Positions 1 through 7,764 of a stretch of DNA of 42,011 bases are shown piece after piece; the first letter of the stretch is position 1; every line of letters starts with the position of its first letter. Below the pieces are notes generated by a model that saw only the letters and a list, made by a program, of their open reading frames with translations, was not told where the DNA came from and searched no databases. The stretch is from an uncultured Cytophagia bacterium (GTDB taxonomy: Bacteria; Zhuqueibacterota; Zhuqueibacteria; Residuimicrobiales; Krinioviventaceae). The DNA lies in NCBI GenBank assembly GCA_964414825.1, contig CAYPZM010000001.1:1-42011 (forward strand). Reading direction: 5' to 3'. The translations under genes were made by a program, and so were the position numbers.

Positions 1-300
1 ATTGCCATTGGCAAATATTTGGGATTTGTAGTGACGCTCATTCTCGTGTTTGGTGTGGTGTTCGAATTGCCGGTATTATCCTTTTTCTTATCAAAAATCG
101 GACTGTTGACACCCGAGTTCCTGCGTTCCAAACGGCGTTATGGCATCGTGACTATTTTTATTCTGGCGGCCTTTGTTACACCACCGGATATTATGACCCA
201 ACTGATGTTGGCGGGGCCTTTGATTATTCTGTACGAAATCAGCATTTGGGTATCCGCTGTTGTGGTGCGCAAAAAAATTGAACAAGAAGAAGAGGATTAG
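1..300 (+). CDS. tatC: Twin-arginine translocase subunit TatC, C-terminal part (5' end outside window)
   Basis: Frame 1 is open from base 1, and the track ORF 19..300 begins at an internal TTG. It shows hydrophobic helices plus a TatC C-terminal pattern: FELPV, LRSKRRYGIV, FILAAFVTPPDIMTQ, PLIILYEIS. Confidence 0.85.
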   Translation: MAIGKYLGFVVTLILVFGVVFELPVLSFFLSKIGLLTPEFLRSKRRYGIVTIFILAAFVTPPDIMTQLMLAGPLIILYEISIWVSAVVVRKKIEQEEED

Positions 301-317
301 ATGAATAAACCCGAACA

Positions 318-1187
318 GTGGATGCGGTTATGAATCGTCCTTCCACTGTTGATTTACATATCCACTCTACATTTTCCGATGGGCTGTTGTCACCCCAAGA
401 AATTGTCGATATTGCCGTAACCCGTAATATTGCCGCAATTGCGCTGACCGACCATGATACCACCGAGGGTTTGCCCGGCATTTTGAAAATCGGTCAAACT
501 GCGGGCATTGAGGTTGTGCCCGGAATTGAAATCAGTGTGTCGTTTCAGGGGTGTGAAGCGCATCTGCTGGGGTATTTTATCGATCACCGGAGCTCGATAC
601 TGGAGCGATATGTTACGTTACTGAATGAATACCGCATTCAGCGCGCAAAAGATATTTTGCACATTCTCAAGAGTTATGGAATCAATATTCCGTTCGAACT
701 GGTGCAGGGAAAAGCGAACGGATCCCCAATCGGTCGTCCGCACATTGCCGAGGTGATGATGGAGGAGGGGCATGTGTTTTCCATGTATGAGGCGTTTGAC
801 AAATATTTGGGTGAAGACAAGCCGGGTGATGTGCCCAAGATGAACATTACGCCGGAAAAAGGCGTGGAAATCATCAAAGAGGCTGGGGGATTGGCATTTT
901 TGGCGCATCCGGCAACGATCTCCAATTGTGATGAATTGCTCTCCCGGCTTTTGGAGATCGATTTGGCTGGCATTGAAACCATTCATCCCAAACATAATCC
1001 CGAAAACGTGCGGCGATTTCGAACCCTTGTGCAGCAATACGGTTTGTTGGAATCCGGTGGTTCCGATTGCCATGGCGGCCGCCACGGAACCATTCTTATC
1101 GGAGCCCTGGATGTACCAACGGCGTTTCTACAACGGATGAAAGAAAAACATGCACAGGTGGTTGCTTCTCAGCTAGAAAATGCCTGA
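318..1187 (+). CDS. PHP-domain phosphoesterase (TrpH/YciV-like)
   Basis: PHP-fold metal-binding motifs are present: DLHIHSTFSDG, LTDHDT, AHP and GGSDCHG. The start is GTG 318 or, more likely, ATG 330 (MNRPSTVDLHIH). Confidence 0.85.
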   Translation: MDAVMNRPSTVDLHIHSTFSDGLLSPQEIVDIAVTRNIAAIALTDHDTTEGLPGILKIGQTAGIEVVPGIEISVSFQGCEAHLLGYFIDHRSSILERYVTLLNEYRIQRAKDILHILKSYGINIPFELVQGKANGSPIGRPHIAEVMMEEGHVFSMYEAFDKYLGEDKPGDVPKMNITPEKGVEIIKEAGGLAFLAHPATISNCDELLSRLLEIDLAGIETIHPKHNPENVRRFRTLVQQYGLLESGGSDCHGGRHGTILIGALDVPTAFLQRMKEKHAQVVASQLENA

Positions 1188-1449
1188 TTCCGTCTTTTCA
1201 GTCGTATCGTATTGGGGCATTCAAGCTTTTGTACTCATTCTATAAAGTATCTCTTTTCATAAATTTGGTGACGTGTTTATTTGTACCTTGGGGTTTTTAA
1301 AACAAATGGCTATGAATGATAACGGTTAGACAATTGAATCTCTCAGGCAAACTTTTTAAAGAAAATTTGCTCACAGCTTTATCCTCAGGACATTTCAGGA
1401 ATAATTGTCATATGCCCTATGTTTAGACAAAGTGAATTTTAAGAGATGC

Positions 1450-1496
1450 AAAAAAAAGGTGGTTGTATGTGTAGCCTCCCTCCTGCAACAACCACC
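1450..1496 (-). terminator. Candidate intrinsic terminator read on the minus strand
   Basis: A 9-bp stem pairs GGTGGTTGT (1458-1466) with ACAACCACC (1488-1496) around a 21-nt loop. On the minus strand it is followed by U8 (A8 at 1450-1457 on plus). No annotated minus-strand gene feeds it. Confidence 0.4.
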
Positions 1497-1500
1497 TGGG

Positions 1501-1532
1501 AATGGCGAGCATTAGCTCGCCATTTCATTTTA
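1501..1532 (+). terminator. Candidate intrinsic terminator (plus strand)
   Basis: A perfect 10-bp hairpin, AATGGCGAGC atta GCTCGCCATT (1501-1524), is followed by the T-rich tail TCATTTTAT. It lies about 310 nt downstream of the PHP gene stop. Confidence 0.45.
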
Positions 1533-1590
1533 TAGCCCTTTCTATTTTATTCCACAATTTGTATATTGTCGCTCAATTGCACACAAAATT

Positions 1591-2778
1591 ATGGGGAAAT
1601 TTATGGTAAACGAAAAGATCAAACAAGCCGCAAGTATCCTTAAAGAAAAGAATATGGACATGTGGCTCACCTTTGTGCGCGAATCTTCAACCGCGCCCGA
1701 TCCCGTTTTGGAGCTGATTCTCGGAACATCGTGCACCTGGGCGTCCGCATTTATCATCACCGATGCCGGTAATGCAGTGGCCATTGTCGGCAGTTTGGAT
1801 GTTCAAAATATTAAAGATCATGCAAATTATGAGGTTATCGGATATGTTGATTCGATCAAACCCGAGCTGCTAAATACGTTGGCCAAATATGAACCAAAAC
1901 GCATCGCCATCAACTACTCCACCAATGACGTGATGGCGGATGGCTTGACGCACGGTATGTACATGATGTTGGTGGAATATCTGCACGGCACTCCATACCT
2001 TGACGCATTGGAATCGAGCGAAGAGATTGTCAGCGCACTGCGTGGACGAAAATCGCAAACCGAAGTAAATTTGATCAAAGACGCCATCAACGAAACCTTG
2101 GAAATATTTGATCAAGTGACCGAATGGGTACGTGTCGGATATTCCGAAAAAGAGGTGGCGGAGTTTATTAAATCTAAAGTCGATGAGCGTGGACTTGGCT
2201 TGGCCTGGGATGAAGCCCATTGTCCGGCCGTTTTTGCCGGCCCGGATACCGCTGGCGCGCACGCCGGACCCACCGATCGCAAAATTCAACCTGGCCATGT
2301 TATGAATATCGATTTTGGTGTCCGAAAAAATGGCTATGTCTCCGATTTGCAGCGCACCTGGTACTTTTTACGAGATGGTGAAACTAAAGCGCCCGCGGAA
2401 GTGATCGATGGCTTTATCACGATTCGCGAGGCTATCCGCAAAGCGGCGGAAGCGCTCAAACCCGGCAAGCAAGGTTGGCAAGTCGACCATGTGGCACGGC
2501 AATATATCGTGGATGCCGGATACGAAGGCTATCCTCACGGACTCGGCCACCAAGTCGGACGAAAAGCGCACGACGGCTCGGCATTGCTGTGCCCGAAATG
2601 GGATCGATATAAAAATTTGCCCTATTCGGTTGTCGAAGCCGGTCAGGTTTATACTCTCGAACCGCGGCTCACCATAGAAGGCTATGGCATTGCCACGATC
2701 GAGGAAATCGTTCAAGTAAATGAGTACGGTTGTGAATTTTTATCCACGCCACAGGAAGAGTTGATCCTCATCGCCTAA
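1591..2778 (+). CDS. M24 family metallopeptidase (Xaa-Pro aminopeptidase/prolidase-like)
   Basis: It has a creatinase-like N-domain plus the pita-bread fold. Metal ligand motifs are NIDFGVRKNGYVSD, HGLGHQVG, YTLEPR and TIEEIV. Confidence 0.85.
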   Translation: MGKFMVNEKIKQAASILKEKNMDMWLTFVRESSTAPDPVLELILGTSCTWASAFIITDAGNAVAIVGSLDVQNIKDHANYEVIGYVDSIKPELLNTLAKYEPKRIAINYSTNDVMADGLTHGMYMMLVEYLHGTPYLDALESSEEIVSALRGRKSQTEVNLIKDAINETLEIFDQVTEWVRVGYSEKEVAEFIKSKVDERGLGLAWDEAHCPAVFAGPDTAGAHAGPTDRKIQPGHVMNIDFGVRKNGYVSDLQRTWYFLRDGETKAPAEVIDGFITIREAIRKAAEALKPGKQGWQVDHVARQYIVDAGYEGYPHGLGHQVGRKAHDGSALLCPKWDRYKNLPYSVVEAGQVYTLEPRLTIEGYGIATIEEIVQVNEYGCEFLSTPQEELILIA

Positions 2779-2883
2779 AAAAGCTCTATTCTGCAAAGCC
2801 CGTTTATAGTTTGTATTTACATGAAAATTACTGCATCCATATGTAGCAATCTGTGAATCAAGCGTTAAACGGAGCGTTATGCA

Positions 2884-5067
2884 ATGAAAAAGGCTAATGT
2901 TATTTTAATCGTCATCTCGATGCTTTTATTATCCCAACTGATGGCCCAAACTTCTCCATCCGATAGTTCGGAAGCGCCGAGCCCTTCGAGCTCGGAACAC
3001 ATCCAAGCCAGTCTCTCCAAGTTGATTGATTATCAAGGATTTATAAGCGGTTCCCAGGGACAACCGATATCGGGAACCGTTTCCATCACCTTTGGCATTT
3101 GGGATGCCGCCCAGGCCGGAAACGAGCTGTGGAGCGAAACGCAAACGCTGGATGTGCATCTCGGTTATTTCACCGCACATTTGGGAGGAATAAGCGAGTT
3201 CCCGAATTCACTTTTTGCCAGCGACAGTCGCTGGATTCAGCTCCAGGTGAATGGCGAAACATTGGCGCCGCGCAAACGCATCCACAGCGTGGCCAATGCG
3301 CTGTATTCGGACCATTCTAAAACTCTGAGCGGCTATTCGATTGCGGATTTTTATACGCGCGTGCAAGCCAACGATCATTCCAAAAACGAAATCGATGCCT
3401 CGCGTTTGGGCGGCTCCGTTGCCAGCCAATTTGTAACCCAAACCCAGGGTGATTCGCGTTACGTTGTCAAAGGCATTCCCGGTACCGTGACCGGAACCAT
3501 GATCGTGGATGGTACCATTCAAAAACAGGATTTGGCGTTTGAAGTAGGATCGGGTAGCGGTTCGATCACCCGGATTGTGCCCGATGTTGGTCTCGAAGGC
3601 GGCGGCAGTAGCGGTGAGGTGTTTATCGGTTTAACGCCGGTTTTTGAAACCGGGCAGGCATACGACAACCGCTTTGTCAAGCTTGGCCAGCAAAATGCCA
3701 TCACCAGCGCCATGATTGGCGACGGCGCCGTAACGTCGATTGATATCAAAGACGGCGGCATTCAACAACAGGATTTGGCGTTTACCGCCGGGACCATTAA
3801 CCAGGTGGTGGCCGAAAACGGTCTCTCCGGCGGCGGAACTATGGGCTCGGTTACGCTGTCGCTCGCGGAATCGTATCGCAGCGGTTTGGCGTATGATGGC
3901 CGGTTCGTAAACCTCAACCAGGCCAATTCCATAACCACCGGCATGCTGCGCGATAACGAAATTACGTCAGTTGATATTCGCGACGGCACCATCCAACCGC
4001 AGGATATGAGTTTTTCCGCCGGTGATGTGACCGCCGTTACTACCTACAACGGCCTTGAAGGCGGTGGCACACAGGGCGATTTGCGCATTGGGTTACAATC
4101 CGCTCATTTTACCGGCGCGGCTTTTGACTCGCGTTTTATCAATGCCCAGGAACCTTCCAGCATCACCAGCAATATGATTGCCAATGGTACCATCCAGCAG
4201 GAAGATCTGTCATTTCCCGTTGGCGACATCACCAGCGTATGGACCAGTGGTGGAATTGTTGGTGGCGGCCTGAGCGGCGATTTAAATTTACAGCTCGAAA
4301 GCTCTTATGCCACAGGCAGCGCTTACAATAGTGTGTTTGTAAATGAAAATCAATCCGATGCCATCACCAGTATCATGATTCGCGATAGCGAAGTGCGCAG
4401 CAGCGATATTGCCGCCGGCTCGGTGACCGGATCGCACATTGCCAACGATTTTTATGTGCAACAAAGCCGCAGCAGCGGCGCGGTTATGGCGGTCAATAAT
4501 CAGTCCAGTGCAACAGGCTCCTATGGCATCGAAGGGCGCGGCACAACTGGGTTGCGCGGCGTTGGCAATAACACGGGCGTCTATGGCGAAGGCAGCCAAT
4601 ACGGCGTGTATGCCAAGTCCACCAACTCGTCTAATTGGGCGCTGTATGTTGAGGGTCGAGCCCACTGTACCAGCGGCGATTGGGGCGATTTGGCGGAATT
4701 TGTTCCTGCAACCGAGCCGCTAGAACCTGGCGATGTGGTGATTATTGATTCGAGAAGCGAAAATTCGCTGCGAAAATGTGATAAAGCGTATGATACGCGT
4801 GTTGCCGGTATCGTATCAACAGCTCCAACTATTACCGTTGGCGCGCAATCGCAGGGCGCAGGCCGCGTTCCTTTGGCGCTTGCTGGCATTGTGCCGTGCA
4901 ACGTAACCGGAGAAGCCATCATTCCTGGCGATCTTTTGACCTCATCCGACGTTCCCGGATATGCGCAAAAAGCCAGCTCGCCGCTAATCGGCACCATTAT
5001 TGGCAAAGCGCTCGAATCGTTTTCCGGAGGCGAGGGAGTGATTAAAGTATTAGTGACGCTGCAATAA
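2884..5067 (+). CDS. Secreted tail-fibre-like repeat protein with C-terminal Peptidase_G2/intramolecular-chaperone-like domain
   Basis: It starts with a signal peptide (MKKANVILIVISMLLLSQLMAQ) and a Ser/Pro linker. The N-domain is IDYQGFISGSQGQPISG...FGIWDAAQAGNELWSETQ...IQLQVNGETLAPRKRIHSVANALYSD. Four about 67-81 aa tandem repeats follow. Then come Gly-rich GVYGEG/YGVYAKS/ALYVEG motifs. The C-terminus reads GDLAEFVPA..LEPGDVVIID..TRVAGIVSTAPTITVG..LALAGIVPCNV. From memory this resembles the DYAEYFEW...GVVS..P...VGLLGK pattern of phage tailspike autochaperone domains. Confidence 0.5.
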   Translation: MKKANVILIVISMLLLSQLMAQTSPSDSSEAPSPSSSEHIQASLSKLIDYQGFISGSQGQPISGTVSITFGIWDAAQAGNELWSETQTLDVHLGYFTAHLGGISEFPNSLFASDSRWIQLQVNGETLAPRKRIHSVANALYSDHSKTLSGYSIADFYTRVQANDHSKNEIDASRLGGSVASQFVTQTQGDSRYVVKGIPGTVTGTMIVDGTIQKQDLAFEVGSGSGSITRIVPDVGLEGGGSSGEVFIGLTPVFETGQAYDNRFVKLGQQNAITSAMIGDGAVTSIDIKDGGIQQQDLAFTAGTINQVVAENGLSGGGTMGSVTLSLAESYRSGLAYDGRFVNLNQANSITTGMLRDNEITSVDIRDGTIQPQDMSFSAGDVTAVTTYNGLEGGGTQGDLRIGLQSAHFTGAAFDSRFINAQEPSSITSNMIANGTIQQEDLSFPVGDITSVWTSGGIVGGGLSGDLNLQLESSYATGSAYNSVFVNENQSDAITSIMIRDSEVRSSDIAAGSVTGSHIANDFYVQQSRSSGAVMAVNNQSSATGSYGIEGRGTTGLRGVGNNTGVYGEGSQYGVYAKSTNSSNWALYVEGRAHCTSGDWGDLAEFVPATEPLEPGDVVIIDSRSENSLRKCDKAYDTRVAGIVSTAPTITVGAQSQGAGRVPLALAGIVPCNVTGEAIIPGDLLTSSDVPGYAQKASSPLIGTIIGKALESFSGGEGVIKVLVTLQ
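3508..4430 (+). repeat. Four in-frame tandem coding repeats (243, 231, 201 nt periods plus last unit)
   Basis: The unit D-G-(T/G)-I-Q-x-(Q/E)-D-(L/M)-(A/S)-F ... GL(E/S)GGG ... (A/S)(Y/F)D(N/G/S)RF(V/I)N ... ITS(A/N)MI recurs. The conserved Ile codon falls at 3517, 3760, 3991 and 4192. Confidence 0.85.
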
Positions 5068-5087
5068 GCCAGGCAAAAGGATTTCCT

Positions 5088-5618
5088 ATGAAAAAAATAC
5101 GTTTTGTTTTTCTAAATATTGTTGTCGCTGTCTCGATTGCATTTTCCCAAGATGTCATGACATCCACAAATTATGCCGTTCGAAACGACTTGTTTGTATC
5201 GGCAGGGGGGACCTTGAAATCGGATACCCATTCCATTACTGGTAAATTTGGCGTTTCCCATTTTGGCCGCATGGAAAGTCAGCGCTTTAAAATCGGTACG
5301 TTTGTTCAACTGCCGGGATTTTCAAACCAAACTGTGCCAAGAGAATTTGATTTGGCGCAAAATTATCCAAATCCGTTTAATCAAAGCACCACCGTTGTTT
5401 ACTCACTGCCGTTTGCCAGTGACGTTCAGCTCACCTTGTATTCCATTTTGGGGCGCGAAATTGCCACGCTCGTGCAAAAAAATCAAGCGGCTGGCACGTA
5501 TGCTATCCAATTTGATGGAGCCGATGCCAATGGTCTTCCGCTGCCTAGCGGCGTCTACCTGTTGCGCCTTTCAACAAAAGGGTTTGACAAAATGATTAAA
5601 ATTGCTATCTTGCGATGA
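5088..5618 (+). CDS. Small secreted protein with T9SS type-A C-terminal sorting domain
   Basis: It has a signal peptide and an AAGGA SD. The C-terminus reads NYPNPFNQSTTVVYSLP...LTLYSILGREIATLV...GTYAIQFDG...LPSGVYLLRL. The gene starts 20 nt after the fibre-like gene stop. Confidence 0.8.
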   Translation: MKKIRFVFLNIVVAVSIAFSQDVMTSTNYAVRNDLFVSAGGTLKSDTHSITGKFGVSHFGRMESQRFKIGTFVQLPGFSNQTVPREFDLAQNYPNPFNQSTTVVYSLPFASDVQLTLYSILGREIATLVQKNQAAGTYAIQFDGADANGLPLPSGVYLLRLSTKGFDKMIKIAILR

Positions 5619-5699
5619 CAAAACGAGCAAAATTCAATTGGGAGTTTGTATAGTGAGATAACCAACATACGATGATACCAAGGTCATTCACGTTAAAAC

Positions 5700-6362
5700 A
5701 TGCAATCCCTCACAAACTTTGCTGCAAGAAACGAGGTCCCTGTGAATATCGAAACCATCATCGTAGGCCCTATCGAAGTTAATTGTTATATCGTTAGTTG
5801 TCCGAAAACCGCTGTCGCGGCTGTCATCGATCCGGGGGAGAATGCCGATGACATTCTACAATATCTTCAATCCAATACACTCGATCTAAAAACTATCCTT
5901 TTAACGCATGGACATTTTGATCACATTGGCGCTGTTGTGCCTCTAAAACAAGCCACAAATGCCACCGTTGCGATGCACAAGGCCGATCAGCCGCTTGTGG
6001 ATATCGCGCAGCAACAAAGCGCGGCGTTTGGTCTGCAACCGGTGCAGCCGTTCAAAGCGGATCACTATGTCGATGATGGCGATAGCTTGGAGGTGGGCAC
6101 GCTGCAGGCCCAAGTGATTCACACACCAGGGCATTCGCCCGGCGGGATTTCTTTTTTGTTCAAAAACGATCTATTTGCCGGCGACACGTTATTTTATGGC
6201 GGTGTGGGGCGTACCGATTTGCCCGGCGGCAGTATGTCAACTCTGGTCAACTCGATCAAGAGCAAATTGTTTACGTTACCCGAATCGGTGACTGTGTACA
6301 GCGGGCACGGCCCCACCACCACTATTGGGCGCGAGAAAAAGTATAATCCCTTTACCCATTAA
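5700..6362 (+). CDS. MBL-fold metallo-hydrolase (glyoxalase II-like)
   Basis: The HxHxDH motif is present as THGHFDHIG, followed by HTPGHSPG and GDTLF..GVGRTD. The likely true start is GTG 5742 (MNIETIIVGPIEVNCYIV), preceded by GAGG. Confidence 0.85.
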   Translation: MQSLTNFAARNEVPVNIETIIVGPIEVNCYIVSCPKTAVAAVIDPGENADDILQYLQSNTLDLKTILLTHGHFDHIGAVVPLKQATNATVAMHKADQPLVDIAQQQSAAFGLQPVQPFKADHYVDDGDSLEVGTLQAQVIHTPGHSPGGISFLFKNDLFAGDTLFYGGVGRTDLPGGSMSTLVNSIKSKLFTLPESVTVYSGHGPTTTIGREKKYNPFTH

Positions 6363-6422
6363 ATATGACTAGGAACGAAACGAAAGGCGAACCGTTTACT
6401 CAACAGGCGAAAAGAGAACTAA

Positions 6423-6713
6423 ATGTTTGTAGTATCACAAAAAAATGGTGAAACCATGGAAGAAACAGTTGGACGTAAAGATCACACCGTCATCGTCAAC
6501 GAAGACGAGTGCAAAGGGTGTGGCTTGTGTATTGATATTTGTCCCAAAGATGTATTATTTGAGTTATCTCATCTCAATCGTATGGGGTACCACCCGGCCG
6601 GTTACCGAGGTGAGGGGTGCATTGGTTGTAGTTTTTGTTTTTACGCCTGCCCGGAACCGGGTGCGATTACCGTATTAAAGAAAGGTTATGTTGAGGAAAA
6701 GGAGGGCGTTTAA
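6423..6713 (+). CDS. 2-oxoacid:ferredoxin oxidoreductase delta subunit (2x[4Fe-4S] ferredoxin)
   Basis: Two Cys clusters are present: [12 protein letters not shown] and [12 protein letters not shown]. The start may be the internal ATG 6456. The TAA stop overlaps the ATG of the alpha subunit (TAATG). Confidence 0.85.
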   Translation: MFVVSQKNGETMEETVGRKDHTVIVNEDECKGCGLCIDICPKDVLFELSHLNRMGYHPAGYRGEGCIGCSFCFYACPEPGAITVLKKGYVEEKEGV

Positions 6714-7762
6714 TGTCGAAACAGTTGATCAAAGGCAATGAAGCGATTGTAAAAGGTGCAATTCTCGCGGGCTGCCGATTTTTCTTTGGATATCCCATAA
6801 CGCCGGCCTCGGAAATTGCCGAAGCCGCGGCATATTATCTTCCGCCTGTGGGTGGCACGTTTTTGCAAGCCGAAAGTGAAATTGCATCCATTAACATGCT
6901 GTACGGCGCTGCCTCCGGTGGGGTGCGCGCCATGACCGCTTCGTCCAGTCCGGGTATCAGCCTCAAACAAGAAGGCATCTCGTACTGTGCTGGCGCGGAA
7001 TTGCCTGTGGTGATTGTTGACATTATGCGCGGCGGACCGGGACTCGGAAATATTGCCCCGGAACAGTCCGATTATAACCAAATGGTCAAAGGCGGTGGTC
7101 ATGGCAATTACAAACTGATTGTTTTGGCGCCCAATAGCGCCCAGGAAATGTGCGATCTGACCATGCTGGCGTTCGAACTGGCCGACAAATACCGCAATCC
7201 CGCCATTATATTGGCGGATGGTTTTATCGGCCAAATGATGGAACCGGTTGATTTTCCGGAGAGTGTCACATCGCTCGACAAAAAGGACTGGGCAATTTAC
7301 GCTGAAGGCCAGGATGATGACAAGCTCATCTGCTCCATCCTGCTTGATCCGCCGGAGCTCGAAGAGCATAACAAAATGCTGCAACAAAAATATGCGGCAA
7401 TGGAAGCCAATGAAGTACGGTATGAAGATTATTTTCTGGAAGATGCCGAGCTTGTTGTTGTGGGATACGGCGTGGTATCGCGCGTTTTGCAGTCGGTTGT
7501 CGATAACCTTCGCGAACAAGGCCACAAGGTCGGCATGCTGCGACCGATTAGTTTATTTCCGTTTCCAAAAGAGCCGCTGGTTCAGCTTGCCGAGCGCGTG
7601 AACAGTTTTCTGGTTGTTGAGCTTTCCAACGGTCAAATGGTGGATGATGTGCGCTTGGCTATACAGCATTCGACGCCGGTTCACTTTTACGGCCGCATGG
7701 GCGGCGTGGTGCCCACCACCGAAGAGATCACTGAACAAGTAATGAATTTACTAGGGGCATAG
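6713..7762 (+). CDS. 2-oxoacid:ferredoxin oxidoreductase alpha subunit
   Basis: The N-terminus is typical of KorA/VorB/PorA: [29 protein letters not shown]...[17 protein letters not shown]. An AAGGAGGG SD lies upstream. Confidence 0.9.
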   Translation: MSKQLIKGNEAIVKGAILAGCRFFFGYPITPASEIAEAAAYYLPPVGGTFLQAESEIASINMLYGAASGGVRAMTASSSPGISLKQEGISYCAGAELPVVIVDIMRGGPGLGNIAPEQSDYNQMVKGGGHGNYKLIVLAPNSAQEMCDLTMLAFELADKYRNPAIILADGFIGQMMEPVDFPESVTSLDKKDWAIYAEGQDDDKLICSILLDPPELEEHNKMLQQKYAAMEANEVRYEDYFLEDAELVVVGYGVVSRVLQSVVDNLREQGHKVGMLRPISLFPFPKEPLVQLAERVNSFLVVELSNGQMVDDVRLAIQHSTPVHFYGRMGGVVPTTEEITEQVMNLLGA

Positions 7763-7764
7763 TT

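Noticed and set aside
1446-1532. Short ORFs across the double hairpin: plus strand MQKKGGCMCSLPPATTTWEWRALARHFIL, and minus strand MKWRANARHSQVVVAGGRLHIQPPFFCIS.
   Set aside because: Both are encoded by palindromic terminator-like sequence with poor SD context. RNA structure is the more economical explanation.
5361-5381. The 21-nt sequence AATTATCCAAATCCGTTTAAT is repeated exactly at 34861-34881 and nearly at 31696-31716.
   Set aside because: It encodes the conserved NYPNPFN motif of the T9SS C-terminal domains in three different genes. This is coding conservation, not a mobile or regulatory repeat.
2884-5618. The tail-fibre-like gene as evidence of a prophage or tailocin.
   Set aside because: No other phage structural, lysis, replication or integrase genes are adjacent. 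The flanks are ordinary metabolic genes.
6710-7525. Long antisense ORFs of 200-270 aa opposite well-supported genes. Examples are 6710-7525, 7930-8691, 11073-11702, 18015-18827, 26488-27210, 30373-31011, 36108-36743 and 37938-38570.
   Set aside because: Each lies entirely antisense to a gene with clear family motifs. Their translations are Arg/Gly/His-rich low-complexity sequences with no recognisable motifs or SD. They are typical shadow ORFs.
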